Made by a program: the position numbers and the translations under genes
NCBI GenBank assembly: GCA_016839705.1
Contig: JAEOTR010000016.1
Location: 73,556-137,555 of the forward strand
Reading direction: 5' to 3'
DNA from: Promethearchaeota archaeon
Lineage (GTDB): Archaea > Asgardarchaeota > Lokiarchaeia > Sigyniarchaeales > SOKP01
DNA length: 64,000 nt
Shown here: piece after piece, positions 50,224 through 59,130 of the stretch
Numbering within the stretch: the first letter of the stretch is position 1
Layout of the letters: each line of letters begins with the position of its first letter
The notes under the pieces: generated by a model
Databases searched by the model: none
Told to the model about the DNA's origin: nothing
Seen by the model: only the letters and a program-made list of their open reading frames with translations

Positions 50224-51714
50224 ATGGCAGGAAAATTCCTTAGGTTCTTTTCACCATTCATTAAAGCAATGCCTGAAATTAAAAATCCTCAACGTGAGGT
50301 TTCCTTTAAAGAAAAATTTATCTGGACAGCTATCGTGCTCATTATTTATTTAATAATGTCAAACATTCCTCTTTATGGTATTCAGATATCAGAATCAACT
50401 GATTATTTTTATTGGTTGCGTGTAATTCTTGCAAGCCAGAGGGGAACACTCACAGAACTCGGTATTGGGCCTATTGTAACTTCGGGACTTATCATGCAAT
50501 TACTCTTAGGTTCACGAATTATCAACGTAAATATGGCTGATCCATATGATAGAGCTTTGTTTAGTGGTGCTCAGAAGGTTCTTGCTATTTTCCTAACAAT
50601 ATTCAATGCTATTGCTTATTTATTTGGGGGCGCTTTTGGTAATTTGTCAGAAATAGGGATTCAAGGGGCAGTTTTTATTTTTGTTCAATTGCTTTTTGCA
50701 GGGATAATTATAATTCTCCTTGATGAATTACTCCAAAAAGGATGGGGTCTTGGAAGTGGCGTATCCTTGTTTATTGCGGCAGGTGTAGCAGGACAAATCT
50801 TCTGGAATTGTTTCAGCTTTATTTCTACTCCTGCTCCTCCTGATGGAGATGGATTACCAAGAGGTATCGTTATTGCCTTTTTTACTGCAATCTTTGATGG
50901 CGACTCTGGAACAAACGTAGGTAGTCTTTTTCTTAGGGGAAGACTCCCGTCATTACTAGGTATTATAACTACTGTGGGTATACTATTCTTGGTTATTTGG
51001 TTTGAATCAACGCGTGTAGAAATCCCACTTACATATCGAGGCTATCGAGGATATAAGGGTAAGTATCCAATGAAATTACTTTATGTTTCTAATATTCCGG
51101 TAATATTAGTTAATGCATTATATGCGAATTTCTTATTTTTTGGGCAGTTACTTGCTGGACCAGGATCTGCTTTACGTGTAACCAATGGAGGACTCATTCC
51201 TGATTTCTGGGTTGATTTAATTGGAAGGTTTGAAACACAAGAAGCAGGAGCAGGTATGGGAGGACAACTAGTGCCGACATTTGGACTAATATATTTGCTT
51301 ACGCCTCCATTGGGCATGGCTCAGCTGGTGGCGGATCCGTTTAGAGCTGTATTATATTTACTCATTTTCATTGCACTTTGTATCATACTTGGTCGAGTCT
51401 GGGTCGAAGTTTCAGGTCTCGCCCCGCGAGATATAGCAGGGCAGATATTAGATTCAAAAATGCAAGTACCCGGGTTTAGAAGCTCTGAAAAAGTTTTAGA
51501 GCGGATATTGAAACGATATATTCCAACTTTGGTGATTCTCAACGGAATTTTTATCGCTGTATTGAGTTTCTTCGCAGATAGTCTAGGTGCGTTGACCTCC
51601 GGTACGGGTTTACTAATTTCCATCGGAATAATTCATCAATATGGTGAAACCTTAGCTAAAGAGATGGCTGCGAGCCAATATCCTGGCATGAGAGGATTAC
51701 TTGGCTTAGATTAA
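50224..51714 (+). CDS. secY: Protein translocase SecY/Sec61alpha
   Basis: GTLTELGIGPIVTSGLIMQLL, KGWGLGSGVSLFIA, YVSNIPVIL, PGFR, SGTGLLI. Confidence 0.97.
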   Translation: MAGKFLRFFSPFIKAMPEIKNPQREVSFKEKFIWTAIVLIIYLIMSNIPLYGIQISESTDYFYWLRVILASQRGTLTELGIGPIVTSGLIMQLLLGSRIINVNMADPYDRALFSGAQKVLAIFLTIFNAIAYLFGGAFGNLSEIGIQGAVFIFVQLLFAGIIIILLDELLQKGWGLGSGVSLFIAAGVAGQIFWNCFSFISTPAPPDGDGLPRGIVIAFFTAIFDGDSGTNVGSLFLRGRLPSLLGIITTVGILFLVIWFESTRVEIPLTYRGYRGYKGKYPMKLLYVSNIPVILVNALYANFLFFGQLLAGPGSALRVTNGGLIPDFWVDLIGRFETQEAGAGMGGQLVPTFGLIYLLTPPLGMAQLVADPFRAVLYLLIFIALCIILGRVWVEVSGLAPRDIAGQILDSKMQVPGFRSSEKVLERILKRYIPTLVILNGIFIAVLSFFADSLGALTSGTGLLISIGIIHQYGETLAKEMAASQYPGMRGLLGLD

Positions 51715-51961
51715 CCACTTCCTCTTAGATCTAATTATTCTGGAGTTTTTTCTCTACGTAATTGATTATAAATAACTTAGCAAAATTTAAAGAATCTTCA
51801 AATGATACCTTTAATTTTTTGCTTATTCTAGGATTCGGTTAACAATCACTTGAGAAGATAAACAAATTTAGGTTTTTATTATTTGAACTTTTAATCATTT
51901 TATGAAACAGAATTCCTTCTGTAAAGTTTATAACGTTTTTTAGTTTTATTTAAATATAATA

Positions 51962-52558
51962 ATGATGTTATTTATGTTCGATTTTGCAGAATGGGTATCT
52001 ACACCACCTGTCTCAATGTTCTTTGTGCTAATCTTAGCTTCTCTTACCGCACTAATAAGTGCTTTTTTAACTAAATGGCTGGTTGATACTGAAGAACTGG
52101 AGCGTAAGCAAAAGCAAATTAAAGGTCATGAAGAAGAGAAATCAAAAATAATTGAACTAGCTGAAGTAGATCCGGAACGTTATCGGAAACAGCGAAAAAG
52201 ATGGGAGCGTAAAGAAGAAATGTTAAAGCAATCGCAGCAGAAAATGTCACTTCAGAGATTGAAACCGACCTGTATAACATTTCTTCCAATGATTGTAATT
52301 TTTGGGATTCTGAATACAATTTTTGCTGGTGCTAGAGTTGCACTTAGTCCTATGCACGCAAACGATATCCCTCTCATAGGAGGTTTTATAAGTGCTGATG
52401 CGGTCTGGATAAACTTTACAGCATGGTATTTTTTGTGTTCACTTGGTATTAATACACTAGTTCAAAGACTTCTTAAACTTCAAACTCAAGCATCCGGAGG
52501 AATGGGCCAGATGATGGGCGCTTCTAAAGCAAAAGCTATCGATTTTCCAGATGTTTAA
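51962..52558 (+). CDS. EMC3/TMCO1/Get1-family (DUF106) Oxa1-superfamily insertase
   Basis: TM, coiled coil, LKPTCITFLP, WYFLCS; downstream of secY as in other archaea. Confidence 0.85.
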   Translation: MMLFMFDFAEWVSTPPVSMFFVLILASLTALISAFLTKWLVDTEELERKQKQIKGHEEEKSKIIELAEVDPERYRKQRKRWERKEEMLKQSQQKMSLQRLKPTCITFLPMIVIFGILNTIFAGARVALSPMHANDIPLIGGFISADAVWINFTAWYFLCSLGINTLVQRLLKLQTQASGGMGQMMGASKAKAIDFPDV

Positions 52559-52599
52559 GATTTTTCCCTTATAACTCTCAATGTTAATATATTAAATAA

Positions 52600-52731
52600 C
52601 GCAACGGGAGGGATCTATTCCCATAAGAAGAAGTTTCTTATAGATCGAACCCCCGCGTGCATTCACACACTGGCTTTCTGGAAAAATTTTCTACTCCAAG
52701 CCAGCGCCGTACCGGGCTAGGCAACCGTTGC
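52600..52731 (-). tRNA. tRNA-Ser(GGA) with two introns (52676-52693 at 37/38; 52615-52644 at 58/59)
   Basis: Acceptor GCAACGG/CCGTTGC, G73, anticodon stem CTGGC/GCCAG, long variable arm; BHB helices TTGG/CCAG and GTTC/GAAT. Confidence 0.92.
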
Positions 52732-52780
52732 ATTTAAAAAAATAATAATAGATTAACATATTATTAGTTATTTATTTTTA

Positions 52781-53053
52781 CTATTTTATAGGGATAGAAA
52801 CAATTTCATTCAATTTCTTTTCTAGCTTTGCTTTTTTTATAGCAGCTTCAACTTCTTCATGTTTAGCGCCTTTTTTAATTTCAATTGTATCTGTCATTGG
52901 TTCAATATGATTATAATTAACTCTTCTCCTTCTAACCTTTAATCCATCAATTAGTAAGTAGTTTTTATCAATAATGTCAACGATAACACAATAATGACCG
53001 GCTTCTCTTCCCATTGTTTTGACGCAGAGACGTCCTATATCATATACACTCAT
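52781..53053 (-). CDS. rpl14e: 50S ribosomal protein eL14
   Basis: IGRLCVKTMGREAG..CVIVDIID...VRRRRVN..HIEP. Confidence 0.95.
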   Translation of the reverse strand: MSVYDIGRLCVKTMGREAGHYCVIVDIIDKNYLLIDGLKVRRRRVNYNHIEPMTDTIEIKKGAKHEEVEAAIKKAKLEKKLNEIVSIPIK

Positions 53054-53175
53054 ATTTAATTTGTCACCAAATTATCTGTTTAGTTACTGGTGTCTTAAAT
53101 CACCAGTAAATCACATCAATTTGTAGTAATTAAGTATATTAATGCAAGAATAAATTATTTTTGATTTTTATTAGA

Positions 53176-53718
53176 TTAAATCAATTCTTGTTTTTTTAAT
53201 GCGGCAAAAATTATTTCCACAACTTCCTCAATGGTCAGCTCCGTTGTATCAATAATTAAATTATAGAGGTTCTCTATTATCGATTGATTATTTAGATCAA
53301 GTTCATAAAGTTTATTAAACCGTGCTAATTCTGATTTTTCCCTTATAAGTGTTTCTTTTAATTTTTCTTCATAATTTGAATTATCTCTTTCAGTCATTCT
53401 ATTAACTCGTGTTTCCAAGGGACAAGTTAATAAAATTTTAAAATCAGCAATAGAATCAAGAATGTAAGCACTTAATTGGCTATCGATTAAAATATTATCT
53501 CTTGAAGCGATCTCAATTATCTTTTTATCTAATTTTTTATCAATATGAGGATTTTTTTCGACATAATCGGTGAATTCTTCTAAAGAGAACTTCATTTCTT
53601 TTGCTAATTCTCTAAAAGCTTGTCCAGTACTGTAATATTTTATTCCTAATTTTTGGGATATTATCTTCCCAATTGTGCTTTTACCAGTTCCATGAAGCCC
53701 TGAGATTGTTAAGATCAT
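53176..53718 (-). CDS. cmk: Cytidylate kinase (archaeal type)
   Basis: ISGLHGTGKST, STGQAFRELA; conserved L34e-cmk-L14e order. Confidence 0.9.
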   Translation of the reverse strand: MILTISGLHGTGKSTIGKIISQKLGIKYYSTGQAFRELAKEMKFSLEEFTDYVEKNPHIDKKLDKKIIEIASRDNILIDSQLSAYILDSIADFKILLTCPLETRVNRMTERDNSNYEEKLKETLIREKSELARFNKLYELDLNNQSIIENLYNLIIDTTELTIEEVVEIIFAALKKQELI

Positions 53719-53809
53719 TGCTTTTTTAATTTTAAGTTTAGATGATAATTTAAATGAAGTAATGAATCTTTCCTATTTAAATAGTAGAAATTGAGTGATT
53801 GAAAAAAGA

Positions 53810-54079
53810 TTATTGGTTCCAAACTGATTCTTTTATTAATGTATTAAGACATGTAGAACAATACCTTCCACTTTCTAATCTATTTGCTCTTCTCGCTGTT
53901 TTATTAGTTTTTCTCATTTTAGAGGGGCGTAATCTTGGAACAGATTGTATAGGTCTTTTACAAATCGCACAATGTGCTCTTTTTGGTTTTTTTCTCCAAT
54001 AGTGAGTAACGCTTGTATTTCCTGGTGTTCTTACTTTTTTTCTAGCTTGGCTTTTCGATCTCAATCCTGGACGTGGAAT
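53810..54079 (-). CDS. rpl34e: 50S ribosomal protein eL34
   Basis: VRTPG, CAIC...CSTC; N-terminus (M)PRPGLRS begins at ATT 54079 after GAGGT. Confidence 0.92.
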   Translation of the reverse strand: MPRPGLRSKSQARKKVRTPGNTSVTHYWRKKPKRAHCAICKRPIQSVPRLRPSKMRKTNKTARRANRLESGRYCSTCLNTLIKESVWNQ

Positions 54080-54172
54080 ATTAATAACCTCTTAACTTAT
54101 AATTTAAGAGCCATAGTAATGAAGCTAATATAATTTTAAAGCAAAGAAAGAATATTAATTTTATTGTTTTGT

Positions 54173-54820
54173 TTACGCTTTAAGATTTAATTTACTCTGA
54201 AATTTCTTAAAGATTTGGTAAATTTCATCAACAATTTCCTCACTAGATTTTTTACTTCTTTCTCCGTAATTAGATTCTGAAAAAACGACTTTATAGATCT
54301 TTTTAATTTCATCACGAAGATTTTCCAATCCAGGAAACCTTTTCATATTTTTTATTAATTCTGTAAACAAGTTATTTATTAGTTCATTCTCTTGTAATCC
54401 TTTTAATTTTAAGGCGTCCATTAATGTTATAAAGGATGATGTTATTTCTAAAGTTATCCCGGGGAGTTCCAATACAGTGGAGCTCATATTCTCAGAAACT
54501 ATTTGGCGATCTTGTATATCATTCTCATCAGCGTTAAGAGAGAATTCTAAAGAAGATAATTTGTTTATAATACCTATTGCGTTATAATAGTGTTCAGTAA
54601 AGTTCATTTTTTTAAGAAGTAGGGAAAGTTCAATCTTTTTCTCATTTAAATAGAAATTAAACTGTACTAATTCATTAATTGCATTTTTAACGGTTCTTCG
54701 GAAAAAATTATTATTAATAATCCCTTCTTCAAATTTTTCATAGGCATTAAGAATAGTATGAATTAATGCATATAATTCAGATTCAATATCTTTATTAGAA
54801 CTAGAATTATCAGCTACCAT
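54173..54820 (-). CDS. Vps28-like ESCRT-I subunit
   Basis: ELYALIHTI...EKFEEGII resembles the Vps28 N-terminal helix; EITSSFITLMDALKL matches the Vps28 C-terminal FITxMDxL(K/R)L motif. Confidence 0.78.
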   Translation of the reverse strand: MVADNSSSNKDIESELYALIHTILNAYEKFEEGIINNNFFRRTVKNAINELVQFNFYLNEKKIELSLLLKKMNFTEHYYNAIGIINKLSSLEFSLNADENDIQDRQIVSENMSSTVLELPGITLEITSSFITLMDALKLKGLQENELINNLFTELIKNMKRFPGLENLRDEIKKIYKVVFSESNYGERSKKSSEEIVDEIYQIFKKFQSKLNLKA

Positions 54821-54882
54821 GTTTGCAAGTAAGAATTAAAGAAAGATTGTATATATAAATTTTAGAATATGTGTTAATAAAT

Positions 54883-55797
54883 TTACCCAAATAACGTTGG
54901 ACGCAGAAAATAGAATAAAACTGCAATCACAGAGCCAATTATAATAGTTGGGATTAATACTCGGGTAGTTGAAGAATTACTAAGTTCTCGTATTGCTAAA
55001 GTCATCAATATAGGAACCCAAATAGCAATCGTGAGAGCATCAAGTATGTCTAATACTGCCCAAATTCTAGAGTTAAATAATTGATTTAAAGCACTAATAA
55101 TATTTGTTACAGTTATTGGAGGGAAACCAATTAAAGCAATAAGGGCTTTGATTGCATTAATTAGTAAGAACGGAGTGAACGCACATAACATCATTTTAAA
55201 TTTATAGGACCCTTCTAACTGGAGCATAGTACCACCTTTATAGATACTAAAAGGACTAATTTCAGCTTCTTTATATTGCTCCTGAGTTTCCTTTAATCCT
55301 CCAAAACGTGTTTCTAACCTCTGAGAAAACCCAACAGCATAATTTGCTCCCTTAGAAAACAACCAAATCAAAATAGCAAAAAATATAAATTGAAAACATA
55401 TTCCAAAAACAAAGAAAGAAGCGAAAAAACTTATATTATATATGAAATGAGTTAATGAAAATGCTTCAATCCCAGGAAAACTAAAGTGGGAGAAGAATGC
55501 TAATCCCATTACTCCATAAAGTAAGGAGCTAAAGAGCAATATTAAGAAACCTGGTGCCTTGCTTCTTTTATGGTTAATATCCCAAAAAGCTCGAGGAGGC
55601 TTAATAAAAAGATAAAGAATCTTTAAATACCATGGGTATGGATTTATCCATTCTGCTTCATATCTTCTAAAAAAACGGATTTTTTCTATTTTTTCTATTT
55701 TTAGTCGAAAACCACAGAAGTTACATGCAAAACTATCAGCAGTGTTCTCATTTCCGCATCTAGGACAACGTTGGAACGCTGCAATTGTTTGAGCCAT
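54883..55797 (-). CDS. Zinc-ribbon plus Yip1-like multi-pass membrane protein
   Basis: CPRCG...CNFCG, then LFIKPPRAFWDI (Yip1-like start) and about 5 TM helices. Confidence 0.6.
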   Translation of the reverse strand: MAQTIAAFQRCPRCGNENTADSFACNFCGFRLKIEKIEKIRFFRRYEAEWINPYPWYLKILYLFIKPPRAFWDINHKRSKAPGFLILLFSSLLYGVMGLAFFSHFSFPGIEAFSLTHFIYNISFFASFFVFGICFQFIFFAILIWLFSKGANYAVGFSQRLETRFGGLKETQEQYKEAEISPFSIYKGGTMLQLEGSYKFKMMLCAFTPFLLINAIKALIALIGFPPITVTNIISALNQLFNSRIWAVLDILDALTIAIWVPILMTLAIRELSNSSTTRVLIPTIIIGSVIAVLFYFLRPTLFG

Positions 55798-55963
55798 TAT
55801 CTTTTAAACCATTCCTAATTTTTTATAATAATCATATAATAAATTAATCTTTTAAAAATTTCTTTTAAAATTTCAATATCCCAGTAATTTAGATTCTTAT
55901 AGTATATGAAATATTGTCCATTTCTTATCCAGTTATAATCTTAATCCAAAAGCAATTAACTCT

Positions 55964-57037
55964 TCAAAAAATTTCTATAATAAAATGACCATTTTCTTTA
56001 ATAATACGGTAATCTTTATGAGCAAATAATTTAATTAATTCCAGGTTGGTTTTTGTGTGGTTTGTTATTTGGAGAACTTTTATACTTGAAAGTTCTTTAA
56101 TATAAGCCATTAAAGGAATTAACTGATCACTTAAATAGTTATCAACGGGAATATCATTTTCAATGTATTTAATTATCTCATCTGCAGCTATCTTTCCTAA
56201 ATCCTCAGATCTTATATTTCTTTCCCCTAGTATTGTTCCTGTCGAGATTATTGCTCCTATATCAGAACATGACCATAATGAAAGACCCACTCCTGGACTG
56301 GTAGATTCTACCCAATGAATTTTTATATCAGTCTCAAAATTTAATTTTCTTCGTATCTGTTGTTGAATAGATTTTCTAATTCTTGTTCCAATGTTCTCTC
56401 TACTTCGTTGTAATTGGTTTGTAATAATAATATCTCCTTGTATTAAATTTACGTTTCCTAATTCTGTCAAATTTATTGGAGTTAGAGATCTCTTTGAAGG
56501 AAATATAGTGCATTTTACTCTAGCTCCACCTTTAGGATAAAACCCGTGTTTCATTACATTTAAATCCATTTTCATTCCAGATTTACTGAAAATCTTATAT
56601 GTTACTTCTTGAAGATAATTAAGACTTGGAGCCCATTTGCCAAAAGATCCCCCACCTGAAAGAGAAATCTCAATTTTCTCTGTTTTTTTAAACCCAAAGC
56701 TTGCTATTTGAATGGGTTGTAATAACAATCCAATACTTGCTGCTGTACTGATATCCAGATGAATATAAGGGTTGATTTCTCTTTTAGAATTAGGAGTAAA
56801 GGTGATTTCTGTAGTTCCTACTTTACAATCACTTAATGTACTTTTTGTTAAATCTGAAATTGTTTTAAGACCTAGTAAATGTTGAGTCCTTAAACCGGGT
56901 TTAGGTCGATGAGCACGAATATTTTTTATCTTAATAGGAATGTTAAACAAATGAGAGAATCCTGCTGCTAACCGAAGTATAGAGCCTCCTCCTTCCCCAA
57001 AGGAACCATCAATTTCTATAATTTTTCCTTCTTTCAT
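55964..57037 (-). CDS. rtcA: RNA 3'-terminal phosphate cyclase
   Basis: IDGSFGEGGGSILR, RPKPGLRTQHL, HGFYPKGG, DQL, ITNHTKTN. Confidence 0.93.
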   Translation of the reverse strand: MKEGKIIEIDGSFGEGGGSILRLAAGFSHLFNIPIKIKNIRAHRPKPGLRTQHLLGLKTISDLTKSTLSDCKVGTTEITFTPNSKREINPYIHLDISTAASIGLLLQPIQIASFGFKKTEKIEISLSGGGSFGKWAPSLNYLQEVTYKIFSKSGMKMDLNVMKHGFYPKGGARVKCTIFPSKRSLTPINLTELGNVNLIQGDIIITNQLQRSRENIGTRIRKSIQQQIRRKLNFETDIKIHWVESTSPGVGLSLWSCSDIGAIISTGTILGERNIRSEDLGKIAADEIIKYIENDIPVDNYLSDQLIPLMAYIKELSSIKVLQITNHTKTNLELIKLFAHKDYRIIKENGHFIIEIF

Positions 57038-58176
57038 AAATTACCCGCGGCATTAAGAGATTTCAAACGATTAATCCCGTCAAATTTTTCCATTAATTCA
57101 ATAATCTCTTTTGGTACTAATTGTTTCCAAGATTTATTATTTTTGATGATTAAGCGTCTAATATTACTTGAATTAAACTTTTTTTTAAAAATTGCATTTT
57201 TTTTTTCAACTGTGAAACCTTTATTTTGAAATAATTCTCTAATCCAATTACTATTAGAAAAGATAGCGTCAAATTCCCCTACAATAGACACTACATGATC
57301 AACCCATCTTTTTGCATTAAAAATATCAGGGATATCGTATATATTGTATTTTTCAGTAGGGACTTGCCTTTTTTTAAGAGCTGCTGTGATAAATTCTCGT
57401 CTTTCAATATTTGAAAAAGGGTCATTAAAAGTATTTGATAATTGAGAGCTTCCGATTCCAATTTTTACGGTCTTATATAATTTTAATATATTCTTAAGAA
57501 CGTATATATGTCCATGATGTAGAGGTTGAAATCTTCCGATAAATAAGGCAGTATTATTATGGTGAGATGATTTTGGCACACTTTCATTTTCAAAAAGAGA
57601 ACTAAAATCTGTAACAATAATTTTTTTCCATATTTCCTTTGAATGATCGATTGATTTTTCGTTGTCTAAAATATTCTTAAGTTCAGCTTTTTCATAAAAT
57701 CTACTTCCTTTTATATCTAATTCATCTGGGTTTGGTCTTAAAGTTATATTGTAATCCACTAATCCAAAAAAGATATAGCTTATTTCTCTTTCTTTATTAT
57801 CTTTTTCATCCCTTAATTCATAAAATTTGATACTAAGTAAGGCTCTGGAGGGGATTCCAAATTCTTCTTCAAGTTCTCTCATGGCATCCTTTTTTATTTT
57901 CTCAAGATCCAAATTTCTTTTCCAGATTACATGTCCAGAAGAAGAATCTGTGAAATATTCAGGATACATCGTTTTATTTTTCCCTCGTTTTTGTACTAAA
58001 TATCTGATCTCTCCTTTAGGCGATTGCGAAACTATGAAGAATCGAGTGATTAAATGAATAATACTCTGCTCATGTGCTTCTTTTCGTTTCTTAGGAAATA
58101 CCACTTTAGAGATCTGACCTGATTCTAAATATTTTATATTTTTTTCTTTAACACATGCCAAGATCTCGTTTTCCAT
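57034..58176 (-). CDS. Nudix hydrolase fused to nicotinamide-nucleotide adenylyltransferase (NadM)
   Basis: N-terminal SSSGHV...AMRELEEEFGI Nudix box; C-terminal GRFQPLHHGH, NDPF, NSSNIR. Confidence 0.88.
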   Translation of the reverse strand: MENEILACVKEKNIKYLESGQISKVVFPKKRKEAHEQSIIHLITRFFIVSQSPKGEIRYLVQKRGKNKTMYPEYFTDSSSGHVIWKRNLDLEKIKKDAMRELEEEFGIPSRALLSIKFYELRDEKDNKEREISYIFFGLVDYNITLRPNPDELDIKGSRFYEKAELKNILDNEKSIDHSKEIWKKIIVTDFSSLFENESVPKSSHHNNTALFIGRFQPLHHGHIYVLKNILKLYKTVKIGIGSSQLSNTFNDPFSNIERREFITAALKKRQVPTEKYNIYDIPDIFNAKRWVDHVVSIVGEFDAIFSNSNWIRELFQNKGFTVEKKNAIFKKKFNSSNIRRLIIKNNKSWKQLVPKEIIELMEKFDGINRLKSLNAAGNL

Positions 58177-58190
58177 GTCTTTTTAACCTC

Positions 58191-59027
58191 TTATAATCTT
58201 ATTGTTATAATATCCCCTACTTTAAAACCTAATTTCTTTGCTGCATTTCCTTGATTTATCGAAACTTCAAGAAAACCAGTAGAGCCAACAAGAAATAATA
58301 TTGAATCTTTAGGAACACTGGAAAAGTGAGATGCAAATATTCCCTCATACTTATTATGGTTAATAAAGATTGAGATCTTTAACTCCTCTTTTAGTGTTAA
58401 ATCTGAGTCTCTAATTTTATTTCCATTCATTGGGATTGTTGTTGTTACATTTCCAAAAGAATCTATATATTGAATAGAACTTTCTATACTTCTATTTTCT
58501 TGATCTATTTTGAAACTTATCTGTAGTTTTATTAGGCTAGTAAAAGCAATTTTTGGTCCTAGATCACTTAAAGGAAAATTCTTAAATTTCGCGATAGAAG
58601 CTCCAATAGGCGCCATGATATCTCTCCCATGAAATGTAGGTGATATAGGAGTATTAAAATATTCCTCATTTTGAATATTTACACAATCTGATATTTCTGT
58701 AATATTAAATGTATTTGGGAAAATCCCATTATCAGGACCAATGAAAAAATAATTTGATTTTGTTTTTAATGCAATTATTTTTCTGCTACTGCCGACTCCT
58801 GGATCAACAACAACTATAAAAACAGTGGTTTTTGGAAAATGTTTATAGGTAGTTTTTAATATGTAAGATGCCTCAATTATTGAATATGGAGAAATATTAT
58901 GTGAAATATCAATTATCGTAACACTGGGACTGAGATTTAGTATAACTGCTTTCATCGCAGCTACATAATGTTGACCTCTGGTTCCAAAATCTGTTATTAA
59001 TGCAATGATGTTTTTCATTTTTTTCAA
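58191..59027 (-). CDS. SAM hydroxide adenosyltransferase (DUF62, chlorinase/fluorinase family)
   Basis: LITDFG, VVDPGVGS.R, GPDNG, TFHGRDIMAP, DSFGN, LEVSINQGNA. Confidence 0.92.
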   Translation of the reverse strand: MKKMKNIIALITDFGTRGQHYVAAMKAVILNLSPSVTIIDISHNISPYSIIEASYILKTTYKHFPKTTVFIVVVDPGVGSSRKIIALKTKSNYFFIGPDNGIFPNTFNITEISDCVNIQNEEYFNTPISPTFHGRDIMAPIGASIAKFKNFPLSDLGPKIAFTSLIKLQISFKIDQENRSIESSIQYIDSFGNVTTTIPMNGNKIRDSDLTLKEELKISIFINHNKYEGIFASHFSSVPKDSILFLVGSTGFLEVSINQGNAAKKLGFKVGDIITIRL

Positions 59028-59130
59028 AAAGAATGAATGAATTTCATTTTAGAAGAACTTTATTTTACTATTTTATGAACACAACAAGAAATATTCATAG
59101 AAAAAATTTATTAAAATTATACAAGAAAAA

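Noticed and set aside
51715-51960. Possible adk remnant or small RNA between secY and DUF106
   Set aside because: No recognisable adk motif, no convincing ORF with a start, and no stable fold seen.
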